Position numbers and translations under genes: made by a program
Shown here: positions 26,306-34,890 of the stretch, in pieces
Position numbering within the stretch: position 1 is the first letter of the stretch
Layout of the letters: every line of letters begins with the position of its first letter
Notes under the pieces: generated by a model
The model's input: only the letters and a program-made list of their open reading frames with translations
Databases searched by the model: none
Told to the model about the DNA's origin: nothing
Source of the DNA: Gammaproteobacteria bacterium RIFCSPLOWO2_02_FULL_38_11
GTDB lineage: Bacteria; Pseudomonadota; Gammaproteobacteria; HIGHO2-12-38-15
Direction: 5' to 3'
NCBI GenBank assembly: GCA_001801745.1
Contig: MGYM01000039.1
Location: 1 to 53,184, forward strand
DNA: 53,184 nucleotides

Positions 26306-27433
26306 GTGGCGGGAGCACCTCAGCAGCAACAATCACAGCAAGATAGTGGGATGGGAGCGCTTTGGATTGCTGCTGTTGTAATATTGGTGATTTGGGGAAT
26401 TTGGCATTTTTATCATACTCAGATCGTTACCTTCATCATACACGTAAAATTATACGAAGCTTATTTAGTAAGTCTTTTTACCTCATCAATCGACCCATTG
26501 ATTCAGGCTATCGAGAATCTGACGCCAGAAGCATACGGTACTCTTTCTGTCAATCAAGTATTTATAGTGAGTGAGAAAATAGGAAAATATTATCAATTTC
26601 CAATCCTCATTTTTTCTCTTTTCGCAGGAGTTTATATTTTTAAACGTAGTCCCATCGTACAGTATCGTCAAAAATACACGATGGAAACCTTGGTGACAGA
26701 AGAAGAAAAAAATTGGCCTCAAATCACACCCGTCATGAAATTAGATTTGATTAAAATGAATATTGACGAAGGACCTTGGGCTTCTGCAATGACGCCATTA
26801 CAATTTGTGAAAAAACATAAAATTTTTAAAACCGTGCCGATTGAAACAGCGGAAGCTATTTTAGCGCATAAAACAAAATATTATGTTTCATTGTTTTCTG
26901 ATCAAGCTCATCGTGTCTTGAGTATGCAAATGGGGCCTTTGTGGAATGGTATAGATGCTCTACCTATTCATATGCAAGCTTTATTTTCTATTTTTGCAGC
27001 AAGGGGCGCGAAAGATTCCAAAAATTCTTCAGATCTATTAAATCAAATATCATTTTCTTCGAAGTCTGGAAAATTAAATTTTTCAGGAACTGCTTCGCTT
27101 TTAAAAAAATATCGTACTCACAAAAACGTTCAGAAAATTATTTCTTCTCATGCTTATGTTCTAACGGTTTTGGCTTCGATGCTTCAGCTTGCGCGTGAAG
27201 ATGGTGTACTGAGTAGTGCTGATTTTTTATGGCTAAAACCCCTCGATAGACCATTATGGTATATGTTAAATACAGTTGGACGTAAAACCCCGTTTATTGA
27301 AGTAGCCGGGGCTTATGGGCACTGGAAGGCAGAGCTTGAATTTGGTTATCCCATTATTGTTCCGATGGTGAATGAAGCGGTAAAGGCCTTAGATGCCGCT
27401 TTGAAAGAAATTTTATATATCCCTGAAGAGTAA
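26306..27433 (+). CDS. icmP: Dot/Icm coupling-complex protein IcmP/DotM
   Basis: GTG start after aggag. The C-terminal block HAYVLTVLASMLQLAREDGVLSSADFLWLKPLDRPLWYMLNTVGRKTPFIEVAGAYGHWKAE is near-identical in pattern to L. pneumophila IcmP. Confidence 0.85.
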   Translation: MAGAPQQQQSQQDSGMGALWIAAVVILVIWGIWHFYHTQIVTFIIHVKLYEAYLVSLFTSSIDPLIQAIENLTPEAYGTLSVNQVFIVSEKIGKYYQFPILIFSLFAGVYIFKRSPIVQYRQKYTMETLVTEEEKNWPQITPVMKLDLIKMNIDEGPWASAMTPLQFVKKHKIFKTVPIETAEAILAHKTKYYVSLFSDQAHRVLSMQMGPLWNGIDALPIHMQALFSIFAARGAKDSKNSSDLLNQISFSSKSGKLNFSGTASLLKKYRTHKNVQKIISSHAYVLTVLASMLQLAREDGVLSSADFLWLKPLDRPLWYMLNTVGRKTPFIEVAGAYGHWKAELEFGYPIIVPMVNEAVKALDAALKEILYIPEE

Positions 27434-27438
27434 AATCA

Positions 27439-29775
27439 ATGGCTAGAGGCTTAGAAAAGCGTGACGAGCAGAATCCCCATCTGTTATTACGGGATACGCG
27501 TACCTTAGGGCAGCGGTTTCTCGACTTTTTTAGAGACCCTTTTAATTTATTATTTAGTTTTTCTTTGAGTGGTGTTGCTCCTTTTTTTCTTCCTCAATTT
27601 GCGGATCTTATTGGACTAACCAGTATTATTATATTTTTATTTGTTTTTAAGATTAAAGCCAAATTACCTTATCGCTTACCTTTGCGATCTTATTTGATGG
27701 ATTACAATGACATTACACCTGGTACCAACAAACCCAGGAAAGCAGCGGGTATTTATTTTTTTGGTAACCAACTGAGGACACAAGAAGAATTATGGTTTTC
27801 AAATGAAGACATGCGTACACATGTTCTCATTTTTGGTTCAACAGGTTCAGGTAAAACAGAAATGTTAGTATCGCTTGCTTTAAATTCTTTAATCCAAGGT
27901 AGTGGTTTTATTTATATTGATGGAAAGGGTGATAACGCATTGTTTGCAAAAATATATTCGATGGTGCGTCGCATGGGGAGAGAAGATGATATGCTCCTCA
28001 TCAACTTTATGACGGGCGCAAAGGATATTGTGGGGCCACAAGAAAAACGATTGTCTAATACGATGAATCCTTTTTCCACGGGTTCTTCAAGTATGTTAGC
28101 GCAATTGATTGTTAACCTCATGCCCGAATCCAGTGCATCAGCAGATGGTGATATGTGGAAAGGACGTGCGATTGCTTTCGTGGAAGCTTTAATGAAAGTA
28201 CTTGTATATGCCAGAGACAAAAATTATATTTTATTAGATGCAAATACAGTACGTAATTATTTTGAATTACCTCGCTTAGAACCAATAGTAATAGATAAAA
28301 TATTTTTACGTGATAATCAGGAACCTGTTAGTTTGGCAGATGCGCCTTCTATTATTCTTGAGCCGATCGATAATTATTTAAAAAACTTACCGGGTTATGA
28401 TCGAACAAAGAAAGGAAAACAAGTATCTCAAGTCTTAGAACAACATGGTTTTATTACCATGCAATTAACGCGGGTATTTAGTTCCTTGGCAGATACCTAT
28501 GGGCATATCATTCGTACGAACTTGGCTGAAGTGGATGTAAAAGATGTCGTTTTAAATCGCCGTATTCTTGTTGTGCTTTTGCCTGCTTTGGAAAAATCTC
28601 CCGATGAATTAGCAAATTTAGGAAAAGTTATTGTGGCATCGTTAAAGGCAATGATGGCGGCAGGATTAGGTGATGAAGTGGAGGGGGCTTATAGTGATGT
28701 GATACTGCGAAAACCCACTAATTCGCCTACGCCTTTTCTTTGTATCATGGATGAATATGGTTATTATGCCGTGAAAGGATTCTCCGTGGTACCTGCCCAA
28801 GCACGTTCGCTAGGGTTTTCTGCTGTTTTTGCAGGACAAGACTTACCAGCGTTTCAAAAAGCCTCAAAAGAAGAGGCTGCTTCTATTGGTGCTAACACGA
28901 ATATTAAAATTTGTATGAAATTAGAAGATCCTGCTGAAACTTGGGAATTTTTCCAAAAAACGGCGGGTGAAGCATATGTGGCAAAAGTTGATTCTTTTTC
29001 AACACAAGCAACCAATCTTACAAATACTTATTTAGATACGAAGAGTGCTTCAACAGAAAAACGAGCGCGTATTGATTTGATGGATTTAAAAGATCAGACA
29101 CCTGGTGAAGCTCATATCTTCTTTCGTTCTACAATTATTCGCGCGAGATTGTTTCGTGCAGATCCACCACCTGCACCTTTTATGCGGTTAAATCAATTAT
29201 TAAAAGTTGAATCGCCACCGATGCGGCAGTTAATTAATTTGAATAATACGCTTGTGAAATTTCAAGAACTACTCGCGTCTGGAAAAGTATTTGAAAACTT
29301 AAATGTAGAAAATAAAGATATTAGTTTTATTTCAAAAATATTAACTGATCATAAAGTAGCCGATCCCGTTGAGCGCGGTGTGAATGCGTTAATCTCTTTC
29401 TATAATCACACCGAAGGGACGCCGGTAACAGGAATAACGGATGAGGTTGAAACAGAATCCCAAAATGAGTTGAATATCTTTACTTCTTTGCGTGCACCTG
29501 AAGGTATCGACAAGATAGCGATTAAAGGAGATATTGCTTTATTTTCAGCGCCTTTACTGAATAAAAGCCTGCTTCGAAATCAACTGAGTTATATTGAACG
29601 CTTATCTGGAAAAACTGAAAAACAAGCTTCGACGATTGGAGAAGAAATTATAAAAGATATGCAGCTTGCGACGTACTATCCTCCTTTCATTGCAGAAAAG
29701 ATGTTGGCGCCTGCCTTTGTTGAATTAATCAATGATCTTTCTAAACGTATTGCTGCTTCAGCTGCTTCTAAGTAG
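27439..29775 (+). CDS. icmO: Dot/Icm type IV coupling protein IcmO/DotL
   Basis: 778 aa with two N-terminal TM segments, Walker A FGSTGSGKT, a Walker B-like CIMDEYGYY, and a long C-terminal adaptor-binding tail. Confidence 0.9.
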   Translation: MARGLEKRDEQNPHLLLRDTRTLGQRFLDFFRDPFNLLFSFSLSGVAPFFLPQFADLIGLTSIIIFLFVFKIKAKLPYRLPLRSYLMDYNDITPGTNKPRKAAGIYFFGNQLRTQEELWFSNEDMRTHVLIFGSTGSGKTEMLVSLALNSLIQGSGFIYIDGKGDNALFAKIYSMVRRMGREDDMLLINFMTGAKDIVGPQEKRLSNTMNPFSTGSSSMLAQLIVNLMPESSASADGDMWKGRAIAFVEALMKVLVYARDKNYILLDANTVRNYFELPRLEPIVIDKIFLRDNQEPVSLADAPSIILEPIDNYLKNLPGYDRTKKGKQVSQVLEQHGFITMQLTRVFSSLADTYGHIIRTNLAEVDVKDVVLNRRILVVLLPALEKSPDELANLGKVIVASLKAMMAAGLGDEVEGAYSDVILRKPTNSPTPFLCIMDEYGYYAVKGFSVVPAQARSLGFSAVFAGQDLPAFQKASKEEAASIGANTNIKICMKLEDPAETWEFFQKTAGEAYVAKVDSFSTQATNLTNTYLDTKSASTEKRARIDLMDLKDQTPGEAHIFFRSTIIRARLFRADPPPAPFMRLNQLLKVESPPMRQLINLNNTLVKFQELLASGKVFENLNVENKDISFISKILTDHKVADPVERGVNALISFYNHTEGTPVTGITDEVETESQNELNIFTSLRAPEGIDKIAIKGDIALFSAPLLNKSLLRNQLSYIERLSGKTEKQASTIGEEIIKDMQLATYYPPFIAEKMLAPAFVELINDLSKRIAASAASK

Positions 29776-29830
29776 CTTACTGTGACAAGGTCAAGTTTTT
29801 AATTTAAAATTTTTTATAAGGGTAAGCACG

Positions 29831-31510
29831 CTAAGTTTCGATATTAATTTTAATTTCTATTAGATATGATTTTAATTTACCTAAGCCTTTTATTTCTGTG
29901 ATTTCGCAAGGTGTAATTTTGTAATGTTCTTTCCTTAAAAGTGCGGCGTAAGTTTCTTCAGTGATTTTTACTTTATCTGGCACCCCAGTTGATTCCATGC
30001 GGCTAGCTCTATTAACTGCATTGCCCCATAAATCATAACTAAATTTTTTCTGACCGATAATGCCGGAAGTAACTACACCAGAATCAATCCCCACGCGCAC
30101 TGATAAACCTAAATTATGATCTAAATCATAGTGTTTTACGGCTAGAATTGCTTCGATACCAAAATTTGTAGCGTTATTTGCATGTTCTTTATGAGCTGAA
30201 ATTAAACCTGCAACAGCCATATAAGCATCACCAATAGTTTTGATTTTTTCCATGTGATATTTTTCGCATAATTTGTCAAATAAAGAAAAAATTTCATCGA
30301 GTATTCTGACTACAGCCTCAGGCGTATGCTTCGATGTAAAAGGTGTGAAATTTGTAATATCGATAAATACGATAGAAACATCGTTCACATTGCGCGGTAA
30401 AAATTGTTTTTTCTCTTTTAATTCTTCGATAACAAATTTAGGTAAAATATTTTCTAATAAATCTGCGGTTTTGGCTTGGGCTTTCCATAAAGCCTTGGCG
30501 ATCCAGCTCGCTAGTAAAGCTACCAATAATATGCTAACACTAATTAAAATTAACATTTGAATGCGCAAGGCATGTATTTTTTCGAATACTTCTTTTTTTT
30601 CATAAGTTATTGCCATGCCCATATTTAATTGCGGTACATAACTATATACAGCAACACGGGCGATATGTTGGTAAAAAAACTCAATCGGATCAGCAATTTT
30701 GCCGCGAATTGCTTGCGCTAATAAATTAGTAACTTCTGGTGACAATGCTAACTGGGAATAATTTTCATATTTGATAGCAGTGTCCATAACGATAGCCACG
30801 CTATTATCAATTTTAGCAGCTAAAATGGTATTTTCAGTTTTTCCATAACCTAATTGTCTTTCAACAATTCTTTTAATATCACGCAGATCTAATTCCATAA
30901 TTAAAATTGCTTTAAATGGCGTATCAGTTTCTATAATGTTAGATATATAAATATGAGTGCTTGAGTCTTTGCCTTGTTGATAAGAAGCAAAAAGGTAAGG
31001 TATGCGTAGAATTCTTGCTCCATCAAAACTTCGAAATAATGGTAAATTTTTTAAATCTTGTGCTGTTAAAGTTATATCCACTAAATTTTTATTAAAAAGA
31101 GAAAAGATTATTTTGCCTTGAGAATTTGCGATATAAATATCTTTAACACCCATTTTAGGCAGCAAGTAACTTAAATAATTAGCGAATAATTTTACATCCA
31201 AGCTTTCTTTGCTAGCCTGACCCCGCTCCATTTTATCAATTAAAGTTTGTAACCTAGGTAATTTGCTTATTTGTTTTATATCTAATTTTCTTTCATTAAT
31301 ATATTGATCGATAGTTTCAACTTTTTTTTGCACGGCTGTTAGCAATGTTTCATGAATTGTAAAATTAAAGGCATCATACGCTAAATCATAAGCAAAAATA
31401 CTCGAAAAAATCATAGGAAGTAAAGAAACCACTAACATCCAAGGCATAATCATGCTTTGAGAGAAAATGTACTCTACTGTTTTTTTAATTTTTATTAACA
31501 CAATTCCCAT
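29831..31510 (-). CDS. Membrane sensor adenylate cyclase (periplasmic Cache-like domain, TM segment, class III cyclase)
   Basis: TM1 (about aa 22-44), a roughly 270-aa extracytoplasmic domain, then TM2 (ILISVSILLVALLASWIA). The catalytic domain carries VFIDITNFT, EKIKTIGDAYMAVAG and YDLWGNAVNRASRMES. The Lys (KTIGD) and Asp (DLWG) specificity residues predict ATP use. Confidence 0.85.
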   Translation of the reverse strand: MGIVLIKIKKTVEYIFSQSMIMPWMLVVSLLPMIFSSIFAYDLAYDAFNFTIHETLLTAVQKKVETIDQYINERKLDIKQISKLPRLQTLIDKMERGQASKESLDVKLFANYLSYLLPKMGVKDIYIANSQGKIIFSLFNKNLVDITLTAQDLKNLPLFRSFDGARILRIPYLFASYQQGKDSSTHIYISNIIETDTPFKAILIMELDLRDIKRIVERQLGYGKTENTILAAKIDNSVAIVMDTAIKYENYSQLALSPEVTNLLAQAIRGKIADPIEFFYQHIARVAVYSYVPQLNMGMAITYEKKEVFEKIHALRIQMLILISVSILLVALLASWIAKALWKAQAKTADLLENILPKFVIEELKEKKQFLPRNVNDVSIVFIDITNFTPFTSKHTPEAVVRILDEIFSLFDKLCEKYHMEKIKTIGDAYMAVAGLISAHKEHANNATNFGIEAILAVKHYDLDHNLGLSVRVGIDSGVVTSGIIGQKKFSYDLWGNAVNRASRMESTGVPDKVKITEETYAALLRKEHYKITPCEITEIKGLGKLKSYLIEIKINIET

Positions 31511-31512
31511 TG

Positions 31513-32757
31513 TTAATCGACCTCAGCCAAGTATAATTTATATTCGAATAATTCCCATTCTGCTCTGGTGTTAAATTCTGGATAAACTATAGGCTCAATA
31601 GGATTGTAAGAAGACCAAACAATATCAAACAAACCTTTATTATTAATTTTGCCTAACATAACAGTACGCCAGGCATGAGCGTTGTAAGGATCTATGTAAA
31701 TAACGCCTGCGGGAGAAGCAACGCTTTGTCTTAACATAAAATTATAAATAACGTTTGGAGTTAAGCTTGGCGCTTCATTGGCAGCTTGCGCCCATAAATA
31801 TACGCCGGCATAAGCAGTAACGGCGGGATCATTTATATTTTTAGTAGAGCCATATTTATTTTGATAAGCTTTTAAAAAATCAGAATTTTCCGGTAAGTTT
31901 TGCGTTATAAAGTAGGACCAAGCAGCCAGATCGCCAGTGATTTTTCCAGCGCCAATTTTATTTATATCTTCAGGAGATAAACTAAATGACATGACAACTG
32001 GGCGTTTAATATCGCTAGCTAAGGTATTTAAACGTGTAAAAAAAGCTATGTTGCTGTCACCATTAATAGTATTGAAAATAATATCAGGCTGAGATTTTAA
32101 AATATCATTTATAGCATGATCTACATTATTACTGCCTAGAGGAATATAGGCTTCGCCAACTATATTACCGCCTAAATTTTTTACTTCATGTGTGATTATT
32201 TCATTGGCCACATGAGGAAAAATATAATTACTACCAACTAAAAATACTTTTTTACCATAATTATTTACAGTCCAGGCTATAGCAGGGATAATTTGTTGAT
32301 TAGGGGTGGTGCCTAAATAAATGATGTTTGGTGATTGTTCAATACCTTCATATTGAGTAGAATAAATTAATAAATTATTATATTTTTCCACTACTTCTTT
32401 TACTTTTTTGCGTGAAGCCGAAGTCCAACAAGCAAAAATTATATCCACCTTGTCTTTTTTAATCATTGTTTCAGCAAGCGTTCCGTAGCGCTTCCAATTT
32501 GAAGCAGCATCATATGCTACAGGAATGATTTTTTGCCCTTTAATGCCGCCGCGCGTATTGATCTCTTCAATTGCTAAAAGAACAGCATTAATGACCGGTT
32601 GTTCACTGTTTGCCATAGTGCCAGTTTTAGAAAAAAGCACTCCTACCTTAACTTCTCCATCGTTTTTAAAAACCTGTTTTTTTACTATCCAAGCAAATAA
32701 TGCTAAAACGATAAGGGAAATGATTAAAAGAAAAATATATTTGCGCAAAAATTGCAT
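31513..32757 (-). CDS. UrtA/AmiC-family (urea/short-chain amide type) periplasmic binding protein, membrane anchored, with no cognate ABC transporter
   Basis: N-terminal TM anchor. VKVGVLFSKTGTMANSE, LLAIEEINTRGGIKG, ACWTSASRK, YSTQYEG, GTTPNQQ, TINGDSN, GDLAAWSYF and INDPAVTAY track the UrtA/AmiC pattern as I recall it. The stop lies 2 nt before the cyclase start. Confidence 0.8.
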   Translation of the reverse strand: MQFLRKYIFLLIISLIVLALFAWIVKKQVFKNDGEVKVGVLFSKTGTMANSEQPVINAVLLAIEEINTRGGIKGQKIIPVAYDAASNWKRYGTLAETMIKKDKVDIIFACWTSASRKKVKEVVEKYNNLLIYSTQYEGIEQSPNIIYLGTTPNQQIIPAIAWTVNNYGKKVFLVGSNYIFPHVANEIITHEVKNLGGNIVGEAYIPLGSNNVDHAINDILKSQPDIIFNTINGDSNIAFFTRLNTLASDIKRPVVMSFSLSPEDINKIGAGKITGDLAAWSYFITQNLPENSDFLKAYQNKYGSTKNINDPAVTAYAGVYLWAQAANEAPSLTPNVIYNFMLRQSVASPAGVIYIDPYNAHAWRTVMLGKINNKGLFDIVWSSYNPIEPIVYPEFNTRAEWELFEYKLYLAEVD

Positions 32758-32816
32758 ATATTTAAAGGCCCCAATGGTTCATATTTTGTAACATAGGATC
32801 TAATATGATACTTCCT

Positions 32817-34220
32817 TTAATTAATTTTACGGCTGATAGGATTTTCTAGCGTGTTGTTTGCATAAGAAGATGAAACACTCAAACCTTTTAATAAATGCAA
32901 GGCCTCTTGTGTTTGATAATCTTTTTGAAGTACTTGAAGTAAGGCTTGATTGCTATCATCGGCAGTTGTTTTTATAGCGTTAGTCGATAGAGGATGTGGA
33001 GAAGCATTGTCAACAGATAAATGATTTTCTAGCTCAGATTCTTTAATATCAAAACCATCATCCTGATTTACTCTGCTCACTATTGTTTTGTTCTCTAATT
33101 TGATGTCAGGCACAATGCCTTTTGCTTGGATAGATCGTCCTGAGGGTGTGTAATACAAAGAGGTGGTCAGCTTCATGGCTGTTTTCCCACCCTCCAACGC
33201 AAATACAGTTTGTACAGAACCTTTTCCAAAACTTGTTTGTCCCATGATGATAGCGCGACGATAATCTTGTAAAGCACCTGCTACGATTTCAGAGCCGGAA
33301 GCGGAGCCTCCGTTGATGAGTATCACTAAAGGCGCCTTGTTTAGTAAATCTTTTTCTTTTGAAGAATCAACCGCAAAAATAGAATCAGGTGTTCTGCCTT
33401 TTGCAGATACAATGGGTTTGTGGCCATCAATGAATTTATCTGCAACCTCTACTGCTGAATCAAGTAACCCCCCTGGATTATTACGTAAATCTAATATCAT
33501 CCCTTTTAATTTTCCTCCGGATTTTTTTTCAAGTGTTTTTATTGCCTTGCTTAATTCATCGGGCGTTTGTTCTTGAAAATAACCTATACGTACGTAGCCA
33601 TAACCAGCCTCAAGTAATTCATGGTTTACACTTTTTAAATTAATTACTTTACGTGTAATGCGAACAGTAAAAGGTGAGGGTTGTCCTTTTCGGTAAAGAG
33701 TAAGGCTTACAACGCTATTATTGGGTCCTTGGATTTTTTTAATAACATCTTGTAAAGGTAAGTTCATCAAGGGCATGTTGTTAATTTTTAATAAATAATC
33801 GCCGGGTTTAATGTTCGCTTCTTTTGCCGGTGAGCCGTCTAAGGCGCTGATTACTTTTGTGGCGCTATCTTCTTTGATTAATTCTAAACCCACACCAGAA
33901 TATTTACCGGTTGTCGTAGAATTTAAAAAATGTAAATCTTCTTTATCTAAATAACTAGAATGTGGATCCAATCCTTCTAGCATGCCTCGTATGGCATTTT
34001 CATATAATTTTTCTTCTGAAACTTCTTTAACGTAATTTTTTTTGATATCTTCAACAGCGTCAAAAAATTTAGTTAAATTTTTCTGATGAGGGGTGTTGTC
34101 AATGTCATCTTGTAAACTTAAGGCAAGACTCAATCGTGTTGAAGTTAGAGAAAATAAAAAAACAAAAATCAAAATTGTTGTTTTTGATTTTTTATTCGAA
34201 GTCAGTGTTATCCTTTTCAT
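32817..34220 (-). CDS. Carboxy-terminal processing protease (S41 family, Ctp/Prc-like)
   Basis: Signal peptide, a PDZ domain (GSPAKEANIKPGDYLLKIN), an S41 catalytic region (LINGGSASGSEI with the Ser nucleophile) and a TSFGKG Lys region. Confidence 0.9.
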   Translation of the reverse strand: MKRITLTSNKKSKTTILIFVFLFSLTSTRLSLALSLQDDIDNTPHQKNLTKFFDAVEDIKKNYVKEVSEEKLYENAIRGMLEGLDPHSSYLDKEDLHFLNSTTTGKYSGVGLELIKEDSATKVISALDGSPAKEANIKPGDYLLKINNMPLMNLPLQDVIKKIQGPNNSVVSLTLYRKGQPSPFTVRITRKVINLKSVNHELLEAGYGYVRIGYFQEQTPDELSKAIKTLEKKSGGKLKGMILDLRNNPGGLLDSAVEVADKFIDGHKPIVSAKGRTPDSIFAVDSSKEKDLLNKAPLVILINGGSASGSEIVAGALQDYRRAIIMGQTSFGKGSVQTVFALEGGKTAMKLTTSLYYTPSGRSIQAKGIVPDIKLENKTIVSRVNQDDGFDIKESELENHLSVDNASPHPLSTNAIKTTADDSNQALLQVLQKDYQTQEALHLLKGLSVSSSYANNTLENPISRKIN

Positions 34221-34303
34221 AAAATACTTAAAAAAGTGAATTTAATGAAAGTATAGACCAAATTGGAAAATTAAGAGGCAGTTTTTGATTAAAAATAAGC
34301 CGA

Positions 34304-34876
34304 TCAAGCCCTTTTAGTAGAGGTTTCAGGGCTATGGAGATTGCAGAGCAAGCCTTTTCTCTTTTGAAGGGCGAGCTCCAAACCTTCTTTTTCCATTTTT
34401 TGATTTTGATATATTTTTTCTAGTGAACTTTGATGGGTCAAAAGAGTTTGGTTTGTCTTTTCAAGTAAATTGATGGTTTTCATCATTTGCTGGGCAAGCG
34501 TAAGCTGTGCTTGGTTTAAATGAGTGAGATAAACACGTATTTTTTCATCTTCGCTGACTGCTTTTTGTGTGAGAAGTGTTTGAAGAAGCGGTGTTTCTTT
34601 GATGCGATAAGCCAAGAGGAGTTGTTGATTTAGCGCTTCTTTTTCTTTTTGTAGCTTTACTTTTAATGCAGTTTCTTCTTGAGTTAACTGATTTATTTTT
34701 TCTTTTTCTTCAAAAATTATTTTTTTAGTATTTTCCATTTTGAGGCTTAAATTTGAAATTGAAATTTCGGTTTTTTGTATTTGCTTTTCTACAAGAAGTC
34801 GTTGATTTTCATTAGAGGTAAATGCAGCGTAGTTTAAGCTAGGGATAAAAAACAATAAGAGAAGTAATTTTTTCAT
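34304..34876 (-). CDS. EnvC-like coiled-coil protein lacking the LytM/M23 domain (truncated murein hydrolase activator)
   Basis: 190 aa with a signal peptide and a Q/L/K/E-rich coiled coil. It sits in the conserved gpmI-envC-ctp position. Only 83 bp remain before the next gene, leaving no room for a LytM domain. Confidence 0.5.
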   Translation of the reverse strand: MKKLLLLLFFIPSLNYAAFTSNENQRLLVEKQIQKTEISISNLSLKMENTKKIIFEEKEKINQLTQEETALKVKLQKEKEALNQQLLLAYRIKETPLLQTLLTQKAVSEDEKIRVYLTHLNQAQLTLAQQMMKTINLLEKTNQTLLTHQSSLEKIYQNQKMEKEGLELALQKRKGLLCNLHSPETSTKRA

Positions 34877-34890
34877 AAACTTAATCCTTG

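Noticed and set aside
29776-29830. Possible degraded icmN/dotK remnant or terminator after icmO
   Set aside because: Only 55 bp separate icmO from the convergent cyclase gene. There is no ORF fragment. The only pairing (gcttac/gtaagc) encloses a ~40-nt loop, so neither a pseudogene nor a terminator can be supported.
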